Assembly (NCBI GenBank): GCA_051294375.1
Contig: CM119266.1
Coordinates: 19,231,657-19,295,656, forward strand
Source of the DNA: Paraspadella gotoi
Taxonomy: Eukaryota > Animalia > Chaetognatha
Direction: 5' to 3'
DNA: 64,000 nt
The notes below the pieces were generated by a model. The model saw only the letters and a list, made by a program, of their open reading frames with translations, was not told the origin of the DNA and ran no database searches. The translations under genes were made by a program, and so were the position numbers. Positions 37,101-47,200 of the stretch are shown piece by piece (within the stretch, counting starts at the first letter, position 1; each line of letters opens with the position of its first letter).

Positions 37101-38892
37101 AAGTCCGCGATGCGAATCAAGATGCGTCTGACGCCCACGACGCCGCCAAACGTGCCTTCAATGTTTCGCAGATGGCGCGCGACGAGGCGATGGGCGCCAG
37201 GTCCGCTCTCGACGAACTCATTCAGAAGGTGGGGGCGGGGGGGGAAAGCGTCGAATTGCGGTCTCAAAAAGATAGATAGCAAAATTAAGTATACAAAATC
37301 ACTCTTTTATGTCCCGCGCATCAGATTAAAGACTTCATGGATCCTGGGGCAGCGACGCCAGAAGACATTCGCCTGATAGTGGAGCAAACTCTGGCAATCA
37401 CCATCAACCAAAACCCGGCCGAGATCGATGACCTCGCTCGGCAGATCAACGAAACCATTAAGAGTCTCACAAAGATCGACACAATTCTGGCGCAGACGCA
37501 AGCTAATCTCACAATGGCTGAAACACTAAAGAGAAGGTTGACTTTCCTCTTGTTTGATTTTGTAAATCGTCCGCATTTTTATATTGACGATGTAATTTTA
37601 GTTTTATTTAATTTGACTCACAGAGCATAAAAATTGGTTCCTATAGGGCGGACGAGGCCCGCCGTGCGGCCGCCGACATTTTGGGCAAAGCGACGGGCAT
37701 CGTGTCCAAATTGAATGACGCTGGAGAGAAGCAAAAGGTGGCAGAAGCGGCTCTCAATGCCACTGACTCCAAGATGGAGCAAGTGCAAGATCACATGACC
37801 AAGGTGCGGTTAAATTCTTTCGTCGCCTGTTAAAAACCTCGTGCGTAATTATTCTTCTAATTAAGTCGTTTTAAACCAAGAGTCGTAAAAATCCTTATTT
37901 ATGGTTTCTTCGGGTTTTAATTCTACCGATTTTTCCATAAAACTGGTTCTCTGATTTCAGATCACAAAGGAAACTGGAATCGCGAGCAAAAAGTCTTCAG
38001 AATCGATAGCTAAGCTCAACGATATGGAATATCGCGTCAACGATCTTCAAGGAAAGATGGTTGATTACGAAACCAAGGCCAACAAGGCTGAAGCCAGCGC
38101 CAACGAGGCTAACGATGTTAGTTAATAAACAAGTTAATTATACTCATTACATTCACATACACATGGTAGGTTTTCTAGCGACGCAATTCTGTTCGATCGG
38201 TCTGTCTTTCGCTTTAGGTTCCACTGAATTTAGATAATACTTATTAGTTCGTTCATTTTGTCAACTGTTGTTTAGTTGCAAAAATATTTTTTTTATTTTT
38301 ACCATCGAGACAGATTTTGTTTATGCGTGAACAATGTTTCATGCTAATTAGAAGTAGTAAGCGAGAAATAGAGAGAGAGAGAGATTATTATTATTTTTAT
38401 AATTATACAATTATTATCCAAAATCTCAATGGTCCCTACTACTTATAATTTTTTTTCTCGATTGAATCAGGCGGCTATGGAAGCAGACGCCAAAGCGGCA
38501 GATGTTCAGTCAAAGTTCGACGAAGTCAAACGCGAGTTGGACAAGAAATATTCCGGCGCTGGCGGCGGCGTCGGTGGGAACGTCAACGCCGGATCCCTAA
38601 AGGATCGCGCTGAGAATCTTTATAAAAGCACTAAAGACAAACTGGAGAGACTTAAAGGTGAACGGGAGATTGCAAGAATTTGTCGGCGCCAATTTGAATT
38701 CCCTTCTGCTTCATTGACTCTTTTTTTCCTTTCGGTCTAGAATTGGAGGAGATCTTCAACAACAACGACGACAAACTGATGGATCTTCAAGATAAGATCG
38801 AACTCTTGAATCAGCGAATGATGGATGCACTCTACACGCCTGTCACGGGAATTCAACCTCGTGCAAATTTCTACCGAACATGTCAACCCTAA
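11802..38892 (+). CDS. LAMB1: Laminin subunit beta (LAMB1/LanB1-like), multi-exon, with predicted long N-terminal extension
   Basis: Hand-spliced GT-AG exons: 11802-11892 (tentative), 12358-13393, 14055-14423, 15216-15419, 16669-16752, 19048-19161, 19467-19608, 20360-20562, 22330-22479, 22779-22981, 23701-23868, 23982-24208, 24347-24551, 25060-25120, 25499-25629, 25720-25902, 26345-26465, 28047-28174, 28337-28526, 32355-32498, 32799-33001, 33101-33274, 33335-33476, 33884-34063, 34231-34354, 34418-34530, 34628-34809, 35181-35390, 35711-35782, 36007-36191, 36411-36507, 36614-36775, 37025-37228, 37325-37536, 37647-37803, 37961-38116, 38471-38657, 38741-38892 (TAA). Beta-type LN motifs ([58 protein letters not shown]), LE repeats, LF domain, coiled coil with beta-knob, C-terminus FYRTCQP*. 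The 19048-38892 part is near certain; linkage of the 5' exons is inferred. Confidence 0.93.
12241..12314. repeat. (CT)n microsatellite
   Basis: Direct reading. Similar (CT/GA)n tracts at 10449-10543, 34108-34170, 40590-40619 and 53594-53650. Confidence 0.9.
12358..13393 (+). CDS. Laminin beta N-terminal extension exon 1 (acidic, Ser/Pro/Tyr-rich, ~345 aa)
   Basis: Acceptor gcttag/GT and donor ACAG/gttata, phase 1-1. Reads [33 protein letters not shown] and then needs one base removed near 12457 to continue into ORF 12388-13404 ([15 protein letters not shown]...[16 protein letters not shown]). Contains NDPA repeats and a poly-Ser tract. Confidence 0.65.
13693..13861 (+). mobile_element. ~165-bp SINE-like or LINE 3'-end dispersed repeat (family A) ending in (AATG)n
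   Basis: AGGGAAGCCAGGTACTCTGGAAGTGAA...GAAAGCTTGCAGGGAC...CCTGTCCAAAGTCAGGGGCAAGATAGCTT...AAATGAATGAAT. Diverged copies at 19780-19943 (+), 25950-26114 (-), 33541-33695 (-) and 36863-36940 (-, partial). Confidence 0.75.
14055..14423 (+). CDS. Laminin beta N-terminal extension exon 2 (acidic, Thr/Pro-rich, 123 aa)
   Basis: Polypyrimidine tract plus gcaag acceptor, GACG/gtaaaa donor, 369 nt, phase 1-1, open ([12 protein letters not shown]...[15 protein letters not shown]...EEQIID). Confidence 0.7.
15216..15419 (+). CDS. Laminin beta N-terminal extension exon 3 with YPQPDxRG tandem repeats (68 aa)
   Basis: ttttttag acceptor, CCAG/gtaata donor, 204 nt, phase 1-1. Reads [68 protein letters not shown], with a 24-nt repeat unit. 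Confidence 0.75.
16268..16575. mobile_element. Non-autonomous element with inverted repeats enclosing degenerate TTAGGG/TTAGG-like repeats
   Basis: TTTTCCAGAACGCCCCATTT (~16277) and ATATGAGGCGCTTTTGGAAAA (~16547) are imperfect inverted repeats around GGTTAGG/GGATTAGG/GGTTTAAGG units. A related inverted end with a CCTAA-type tract is at ~22600-22758. Confidence 0.55.
16669..16752 (+). CDS. Laminin beta N-terminal extension exon 4 (28 aa)
   Basis: ttttaaaccag acceptor, AGGG/gtacaa donor, 84 nt, phase 1-1. Reads [28 protein letters not shown] and reuses the DPRG motif of the previous exon. Confidence 0.65.
19048..22981 (+). CDS. LAMB1: Laminin N-terminal (LN) domain exons of laminin beta
   Basis: Five exons: [30 protein letters not shown] / [22 protein letters not shown] / [49 protein letters not shown] / [23 protein letters not shown] / [54 protein letters not shown]. 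Confidence 0.97.
19780..19943 (+). mobile_element. Family A SINE-like repeat copy
   Basis: Shares AGGGAGCCATGTACTGGGAGTGAA...GACTGTGAGAAAGTCTTGATTGAAAGCTTGCAG and the AAATGAATGAAT tail with 13693-13861. Confidence 0.7.
23701..34809 (+). CDS. LAMB1: Laminin EGF-like (LE) repeats and LF (domain IV type B) exons of laminin beta
   Basis: Cys-rich LE repeats ([46 protein letters not shown]) interrupted by the LF domain (YRYEAEYA...TWTGEGF...[13 protein letters not shown]...LIDSIVLVP) at ~25620-28526. Confidence 0.95.
25182..25366. repeat. (AAT)n and (ATT)n microsatellites in opposite orientation
   Basis: (AAT)n at ~25182-25237 and (ATT)n at ~25297-25366, inside a laminin intron. Confidence 0.85.
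25950..26114 (-). mobile_element. Family A SINE-like repeat copy
   Basis: Reverse complement of the 13693-13861 element (CATTCATTTAAT...GCTATCTT...TGACTTTGGACAGGCT...CCCTGCAAGCTTTC...TTCACTTCCAGAGTACCTG). Confidence 0.75.
30496..31336 (-). CDS. CDC42: Cell division control protein 42 (Rho-family GTPase), 4 coding exons, 191 aa
   Basis: Exons 31336-31177, 31084-30925, 30815-30738, 30673-30496 total 576 nt. [191 protein letters not shown]. Has the Cdc42-type TQxD motif and CAAX. Confidence 0.97.
31998..32040 (-). promoter_or_regulatory. Candidate non-coding first exon / transcription start region of Cdc42
   Basis: GC-richer island with a minus-strand donor (CAGAAG/gtgaaa) and an acceptor (tag/GTTTATTC) about 30 nt upstream of the Cdc42 ATG. 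Boundaries approximate. Confidence 0.3.
33541..33695 (-). mobile_element. Family A SINE-like repeat copy (more diverged)
   Basis: ATTCATTC...TTGGACAGGC...TTAAGGCCTCCATCTCTCTT...CCCTGCAA...CCAGAGTACCGGGCTTCCCT. Confidence 0.65.
34878..35050 (+). mobile_element. Second short dispersed repeat (family B), related copy at 25296-25462 (-) with (AAT)n tail
   Basis: Shared blocks TGTGTGATGCC, CTGGCGTGTTT and CACCATCACACTTAAC in both copies, in opposite orientation. Confidence 0.55.
35181..38892 (+). CDS. LAMB1: Coiled-coil long arm and beta-knob exons of laminin beta
   Basis: Heptad-rich exons. Cys/Gly knob [31 protein letters not shown] at 36614-36775, which is diagnostic of beta chains. Terminal [13 protein letters not shown]. 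Confidence 0.93.
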
Positions 38893-39558
38893 TTTGAGTT
38901 CTTGGCTAGAATTTTTTTTTTCCACTCGGCGTCTGTCGAAAAAAAACCGATGAATGAAATTCTTTGAGGGGAAAAAAATGTATTGAACGAACAAAGAAAA
39001 GGGTCGTGTATTCTGGGCGGGGTTTGAGGAATATCCGAATTTTAAATTTAATTTAATTTTTTTCTCTACAATTCGCATGGTATTTGTAAATTTTAGGTAT
39101 TGGTCAAGTGACTAAACCTCATGCTTCGAAACTGCCGAATCATTATTCCAGCGATTGCATTTATAGCTTTTTTTTAATTGTTATTAATTGTTCATATGGG
39201 TTTACACGTCTTTGCAGAGAATAGAAAAAGCGGCAAAAAGTTAATTTTTCAAGTACATTCATGTTTTGAAATTTTATTTCTTTGGGTTATTGCATGTTAT
39301 AGCCATTTTTTCCTTCACAGTATCAACTTTATTAATCGTGATGAATTTTTATGTACAGAAATGTGGCATTCTGACGTATTCAACATTATTTAGATTGTGA
39401 AATCTATCTATTTACATAGGTTTTAATTTTTGCATTTTGTTATAATTTGTTATGCATATTGTACCATTAGAATTTATGTGTAACTTATAAATTTTGTATA
39501 GTACTTTTTAATATGGTTACATTGAAAGCTCCCACTTTCGGTAGTTGCGGATGTTACA

Positions 39559-39564
39559 AATAAA
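39559..39564 (+). terminator. Candidate polyadenylation signal (AATAAA) of the laminin gene
   Basis: AATAAA about 670 nt after the stop, at the end of an AU-rich 3' UTR-like stretch. Weak evidence in AT-rich DNA. Confidence 0.35.
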
Positions 39565-40586
39565 AAGTGGTGGAAAGCCAAAAAAAATAACCTCAGAAAA
39601 AATACGAAATCAAATTGAAATTTCTCCGCGGCTTAATCTGACATTTATCACAAAGCAATTTTTTATTATTTTTTTTTTGCTTCAATTTAAGGGTTTGGTT
39701 TTAAATGCTCGATAATTTGTGTGATGGTGACGCAGCTTTGTTTATAGTCACTTTATGTTAAAAGGGTATGTACCAATATGTTGGCATGAAATTTTCATTC
39801 AATCGTAGATGGCAGTTGGTGTTTTGGTTGACATTGTCCGAAAATGTTTGTTTAGAAAGGGATAAAACGATCGCGATGATAAATACCCTGTTAACCACTT
39901 TAAATAGTTGGTATTTACTGTTGCATTACAACCTAGAATTTATTTATTTAGTCGTAATAATTCTGGGCATATTAGTTTAAAATATCAAATACAATTGCCA
40001 CTTACACCAGAATGTGCTGTATTTCCATTCAACAAGTTTTAGTTTCCCGAAATGTTATGTTAAGAATAAAAGTTATTTAAACAAAAATTAGTCCTCAGCT
40101 CAATTATTCTTTGTCAACTGCCCATTATACTTCTGAAAGGTTTAGTTAAATCTTTATTCTAAAATTGTGTATTCGCTGGAACTTTTTTAGTTAGACTCTT
40201 AATGCCAAAGGGTGCTGTTCGCCCAGTTATCCGAGGATTCTGGTCCAGAGAACCTGTTTCTGCCAGAGCCCCTGACTACTCAATTAGAATAATGACTACT
40301 GCTGATAACGAATTACAAACCAGACCGACTGGGCCACGGCCACTAAAATTCTTTCAACATTTCCCGTACCATTTATTCATTTTTTAATATTTATATATTT
40401 TTTTATACTTCAAAATTTTCTGCTTCGCACCTTCGAAAAAAAATCTTTAGTCGCCCAAATTTCGGCTGCTTTTTTTTCACACCCACTAATACACTCAGTC
40501 ACACAAGCAAACTATTTTAAGTAGTTTTAATTATACTCTCCTCATGACTTTACTATTGTGTTGATGCAAAGGAAATCAGATAATCA

Positions 40587-40622
<36 letters not shown>

Positions 40623-40689
40623 TAACTTTGCTTAGGATAAGTAAGGGAACAAGGAATTTCCTCTATTTCGGCGTGATAAAGATAAGTAT

Positions 40690-43084
40690 TTAAGTACATG
40701 AGTGACCAAGTGTGAGGCCGAACGCAAAACGAGACGCAAATATCGTCAGTCGGCTTTTCGCTGTGAACTTCTTAGCGAATTTCGTCGGCGTTAAAATCCT
40801 CTGCAGTCTGCACATTTAGTTTACAATTAAGTGCAAAAGGCATAGGATTATACCTCAAAAAGACGAAGATGGGTCAAGTGCAAAATACTTTCTTTACGAA
40901 CCGAGATAATTTTCTCGGACCTCGGTACGACGCGACGATATTGACTTTTTTTATTTTGGGTATTTCGGGTCAACAAAGAAGAATCGGGTCTCTTTTCATA
41001 GACTGACCCATTTCTGCTCCTGTATCCCTGAATATAGTTTTAATTTTTAAATTTATTTTCAATTTATTAGTAAATTCATAACTTAATATTTAACCGTAAT
41101 CCTTAGCCCTCCACACTACTCCTTAGCCCTAATCCTCAACAATAATCATTAACCTAACCTTAATACAGTTTTTTTATTTAATCTTTATTTGAAAGTTAAT
41201 TAAATTCCGTATTTAAAACGAAATGTGGCGATTTGGGAACATTCGGCCCGAAGAATCGATATCTTTTTCCTCTTCCTCTTCTTCCTCCTCCTCCTCGCAC
41301 GAGTTCGGAAAACCTGGAAGGCGATAAGTTTGGCAAGTGATCCTCATCTTTGGAACTCACCCACTTCCCCTCGTCTCGCCTTTCTTCTATCCTTTCTTTC
41401 AACGTCTTCTCAGCGAGATAATGCATGACACGAACGAATGAGAACAAGTCTTAAAAAATAATATTAATAATCAACGGCAATCAACGATTTTTTTTTTAAA
41501 GAAAATAACTTTTTTTTTCTGTACAAACGTATGTGGCTTATTATTTCCTAAAAGGATGATTATTAATTAACAATAGAATGTTTTTTCCCAAAACGGTTTC
41601 TCGGTCCCCCCCCCCGTCTGCCCCCCTCCCCCCCCACCCCCCTCCCCCTCCGCCGTGGGGGCTCTGGCCCCCCCCCCCCCCCACCCCCCTCCCCCACACT
41701 TCTTAGCGTCGCCCACACTTACGTTTCACAGCCCTCCGGTCACTGTTTTGCTTCCCCACCCCCTCTAAAGACCGCGCCCGATATTCCGCTCCACCACTAC
41801 CCTCCTCACCTCTCCTATCCTGCCTATTACTCATCAACCCCTATACCTACCTCATCTCACCTCACCCCTAATCCTTCACCACCCTCTCCACCCCGCTCCC
41901 GCGGTGGCTCGCTTTTTACTAATATCGCCCCCCCCGCCCCCCGTCCCAGTTTGTTTCCTGTTCCTCCACCTATCCGCAAGTCGCCTGGTTCCCCGTTACC
42001 GCCAGCCCGGCTCCTCCCCCCTATGTACTAAAATTAAGCATGCATATTTAAATATACTACTGAAATTTCAAGATTTTCCTTTATTACTGTATTAGAATAA
42101 ATTTAAAAATAAATTAAAAAGTTTAATAATGAAGTAAAAAAATAATAAACAAATCATTAAAAAAGAAACCGCAGAGCGTTCGGCACGTTCACTTAAAACT
42201 CCTGGAATCGATAAAATTACTATATTAGCATCGCACTAATTAGTTTAGACTACTATAGTCAGTTACTCACTTAATCACGTTAAAAATTTTTAACGTAGCA
42301 ACAAAGTGCGAAATCAAAAAGCAAGGGCATTTTTATTTTTCCCCGACCGCAATAGCAAACTACTGTTATTCATGACCAATATCATTTTAGTTCAATAAAA
42401 TGTTAACATCTAAATGTTCAAAAAACGCTGTCCTAACAGTTCAGTGTTTACTCGGTGATTCGTACCTAATTTCCCTTCCTCACTTTGGAGGCCTTCGGAA
42501 CTAGGGCTAGTAGGAATCTAATAGTATCAGTAGTGAAACCGCCTTCGCCTTTTCACCTAAATTTGTATCCTTTGCCATTTGATGACAGAAGAAAATGAAA
42601 AAAAAAATCAAAAATTGGATACCTGCGCTTTTTCTTCCGTATATAACTGTTTAAAACTGGCACGGCGCGAAATTTTTTCGATCTAATGTTCGCCGTCTTT
42701 CATTTTTACTCCGTCTTTCCCTCTTTGGCATCGTCATCCTCGTTCCAGACATTCGTCGAATTTTCTTGTCATTCCTAATCCAGTGACCGAGAGAGCAAGG
42801 AAGACACGATCGCGCACTCTGGCAAACAGTTTGCCCAACTAGCATTCGAATGTTAGAACTAAATGTTTATGGCTGCTTTATGAAACGACGCGGACTCGGA
42901 GAGGATTTTTCATCGGAAATGACCACCCTTTTATTTCAAAACGGGGAGACAAGAACCTGATCCTTTTATAGTCCTTTACCTCGCTCGTTCACGCGGGGAA
43001 TTTCAACAGATTGTAAACATTCGTCGCAGCGATAGCTGTTGTCTAGCAGCTTCGCCAATCCGCTATCATCTTAGGCTCAATGAT
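40690..43084 (-). CDS. Error-damaged multi-exon gene downstream of laminin, possibly thioredoxin/PDI-like
   Basis: GC-richer islands with GT-AG boundaries on - (about 43084-42957, 42900-42660, 41410-41225, 41026-40853, 40806-40697), mirrored on + at ~44790-46760. Comparing copies gives RRFIKSHNDLVLT.NASWATVCQRVRDRVF, KTLKERIEERRDEGKW, SCEEEEEEEEEEKDID and KYPNKKVNIVASYRGPRKLSRFVKKV. Frames need indel correction. Confidence 0.35.
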
Positions 43085-43109
43085 NNNNNNNNNNNNNNNN
43101 NNNNNNNNN

Positions 43110-43800
43110 ATCTTTTTTGGAATAATATCGTTTTATTTTTTCGAAACCATTTTGTTATTAATTTCACGAGAAACGTTTTTTGTTTGAGATGAAAATGAAA
43201 GGAACGGTTATTTATGGCGATTTTTCTCTGAGATAAGCACAAAAAAATTTTTTAAAATTTTTCCGCTTTAAACGGAATCATTGAGCCAAGATGATAGCGG
43301 ATTGGGCGAAGCTGCTAGATTGACAAAGCTATCGCTGCGACGAATGTTTACAATTCTGTTGAATTCCCGCGCGTGACGAGCGGGAAAAAAAAAGGATTCA
43401 GGTTTTGTCCCCGTTTTTGAATAATATGTTTTCCATGAAATTTCCGCCAGTCGCGTCGTTTCATAAAGAGCCATAAACGATTTAGTTCTAACATCGAATG
43501 CTAGTTGGGCAACTGTTTTGCCGAGAGTGTCGCGATCGTGTCTTCCTTGCTACTCTCAGCTCGGGTCACTGGAATTAAGGCAATGACACAGGAAATTCTA
43601 TAATACAGCTACGTATTTAGGCTTTGACCAGTGTCGTTACGAATGTTGAAAGCACGGAGGACATCGAATGTATTGTGGGTTAGAATTGCACCGACGGGGG
43701 AGCGCAGTGTGCGCCTTACGCTGAGAGTAGAGACTGAAAGCGCAGTCTGAAAGAACGGCGAACATTAGGATCCGAAAATTTGCGCAGTGCCAGTTGGGGG
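43110..43800 (+). repeat. Third noisy direct copy of ~44620-45205 next to a gap
   Basis: Colinear with 44620-45205 (ATCATTGAGCC(T)AAGATGATAGCGGATTGGGCGAAGCTGCT...), with a junk insert at ~43580-43745. Lies between two 25-N gaps. Confidence 0.8.
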
Positions 43801-44236
43801 GGGGGAAGCGGAGAGAGAGAGAGAGATTTTAAAGATCAAGTACCGAAGTCCAGTCAGTGAGTCACCACTGACGAGAAAATCTAAATTGTGTACCACAAAT
43901 TTATTCAATTATATTAGTTATAACAATTGTTGGAGTTGCAGAGTTTAATACTAAGGTTAGGAGATGATTTGAGTGATTTACGCCGTAAATTACGGACAAG
44001 ATTTTGGGGTGGTAACGACGGACCGACAAAGTAGATTATAGAGCCGGATTAGCGGCTCGGCTAAAAATAGAGAAAGGAAGAAAGCAAGCCGGACCAAAGA
44101 CGACAGAGGAAGAGATGGTAAATAAATGTCGAAAATAAAGGCTTNNNNNNNNNNNNNNNNNNNNNNNNNATGAAATTATCGCGCACTTTGATGAAATATA
44201 TATGCCAATAAGAGTGGACACACACATCGCAAAAAA

Positions 44237-47200
44237 AAGCTTTATTTTATCGAACATATAGATGGTTAAGCCGAATGCGAATCTTCCTCTCTGTCGTCTT
44301 TGTGGTCCGGCTTGCTTTCTTCCCTTTCTCTATTTTTAGCCGAGCCGCTAAATCCGCGCTCTATAATCTACTTTGTCGTGTCCGTCGTTCCTAACCCAGT
44401 AAATCTTGTCCGTAATTTACGGCGTAAATCACTCAATCATCTCCTAACCTTAGTATTAAACTCTGCACTACACACAATTGTTATAACACTAATATAATTG
44501 AATTAATTTGTGGTACAACAATTTAGATTTTCTCGTCAAGTGGTTGACTCACTGACTGGACTTCGGTACTTGATCTTTAAAATCTCTCTCTCTCTCTCCG
44601 GTTCCCCCCTTCCCTCCACATCTTTTTTGGAAATATATCGTTTTTATTTTTTCGAAACACCCATTTTGTTATTATATTCACGAGAAAACGTTTTTTGCTT
44701 TGAGATGAAAATGAAAGGAAACGGTTATCTGGAACGATTTTTCTCTGAGATAAGCACAAAAAAATTTTTTTAAATTTTTCGCTTAAACGGAATCATTGAG
44801 CCTAAGATGATAGCGGATTGGGCGAAGCTGCTGACAACAGCTATCGCTGCGACGAATGTTTACAATCTGTTGAAATTCCCCGCGTGACGAGCGGGGAAAA
44901 AAAGGATTCAGGTTTTGGTCCCCCGTTTTGAATAATATGGTTTCCATGAAATTTCTCAGAGTCGCGTCTGTTTCATAGAGTAGCCATAACGATTTAGTTC
45001 TAACATTCGAATGCTAGTTGGGCAACTGTTTGCCAGAGAGTGCGGATGCGATCGGTCTTCCTTGCTCTGCTCTCGGTCACTGGATTAGGATACGAAAGAA
45101 AATTCGACGATATATGTTGGAACGAGGATGACGATGCAAAGAGGGAAAGACGGAGTAAAAATGAAGACGGCGAACATTAGGAATCGAAAAATTTCCGCAG
45201 GTGCCAGTTTTAACAGTTATATACGGAAGAAAAGCGAGGATGATTTTTTTTTTTTTCATTTTCTTCTCCGTCATAAATGGCAAAGATTCAACAAATTTAG
45301 GTGAAAAGGCGAGGTCGGCTTTCCAAAATTCTGTTTAGGTGAGAGGCAGCCCTAGTCCGAACTCCAAAGTGGAAGGTAATAGTAGTGGAGTTCACGAGAT
45401 GTTAACGGTTTTTGACAATTTAGATTTACATTTTTATGAACATTTTTGAATAATACATGGGTGTTCTTATTGCGTGGGAAAATAATCCCTCGATGCACTT
45501 TGACGTTTAAAATTTTACGTATTAGTTAACCTAATAGGTAAATGCTAATAGTTGGCGATGCTAATATATATTTATCGATTTCAGGAGTTTTATAAGTGTA
45601 ATCCGCTACTTTGCGGAGTTTGCTTATTTAATGATTTGTTTTATTATATTTTTTACTTCATAATTAAACTTTTAATTTATTTTTTTTAAATTTATTCTAA
45701 TCAGTAATTATAAGACTATTGAAATTCAGTAGTATAATTTAAATTAATGCAATGCCTTAATTTTAGTAACATATAGAGAACCGAAAACATCCGTTTTGGG
45801 AAAAAACATCTGCTATTGTTAATTATATAAGTCTACATCGCTTTTAGGATAGATAATAAGCCACATACGTTTGTACAGAAAAATAAAAAGTTATTTTCTT
45901 TAAAAGAAAAAAATCGTTGATTGTCCGTTGATTATATACATAATTATTTTGTGTAAGGACGTTAGTATCTCATTGCGTATCGTAGGTCATGGTCATTATG
46001 CTGCGCTGGAAGACGCTTGAAAGAAAGGATAGACAGGAAAGGCGAGACGGAGGGAGAAGTGGTGTGAGTTCCAAACTGAGGATCACTTTGCAACACTTAT
46101 CGTTTCTTCCAGGTTTTTCGCTTCGTGCGAGGAGGAGGAGAAGAACGAGGAAGAGGAAAAAAAGATATGATTATTCCGGGCCGAATGTTCGCCAAAATCG
46201 CCACCATTTGTCGTTATTAAATACGGGAATTTACATTATATTTTCTAAATAAAGATTAACTAATAAAAAACTGTATTAAGGTTAGGTTAATGATTATTGT
46301 TGAGGATTAAGGGCTAAGGAGTAGTGTGGAGGGCTAAGGATTAGCGTGTTAAAATTATTAAGGGTCGAATTTTTAACCTAATAAATTGAAATAATATTTA
46401 AAAATTAAAACTATATTCAGGTGATGCAGGAGCAGAAATGGGTCAGTCTATGTAAAACCGAGACCCGATTCCTTCTTTGTTTACCCGAAATACCCAAATA
46501 AAAAAAGTTCAATATTCGTCCGCGTCGTACCGAGGTCCGAGAAAATTAATCTCGGTTCGTAAGAAGTAATTTTGCCACTTGACCCTCTATCGTCTTTTTG
46601 AGGTTAATCTCAATGCCTTTTGCACTTATTGTAAACTAAATGTGGCGACTGCAGAGGAATTTTACGAGCCGAGAAAGTTCGCTAAGAAGTTCACAGCGAA
46701 AAGCCGACAGATATTTTGCGTCTCGTTTTGCGTTCGGCGCTCAGGCACTTTGGTCACTCATGTACTTAAATACTTATCTTTATCACAGCGACCGATAATA
46801 GAGAAAATTCGTTGTTCCCTTACTTATCTTAACAAAGTTATTATATCTCTCTCTTCTCTGCTCTCCTCTCTCTTCGATCATCTCTTCCTCTTCTCTCTCT
46901 CTCGTGATACATCTCTGCTTTCTCATCTCTCTTCTCTCATCTTTTAAGATTATCTGATTTGTCCTTTGCATCAACAAATCAAGTAAAGTCATGAGGAGAG
47001 TATAGATTAAAACTACTTTTACAATCAGTTTGCTTGTGTGACTGAAGTGTATTAGTGGGTGTTGGAAAAAAAAGCGCCGAAATTTGGGCTCGACTAAAGG
47101 TTTTTTTCGAAAGGTGCGAAGCACGAATTTGAAGTATAAAAAAATATATAAAGTATTAGGAAAAAGATGAATAAATGGTACGGGGACATTGTTGAATAGA

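Noticed and set aside
41606-42020. C-rich island resembling a G-quadruplex or CpG element
   Set aside because: Absent from the mirrored arm, where 45775-45780 joins the two flanks directly. Typical low-quality read burst.
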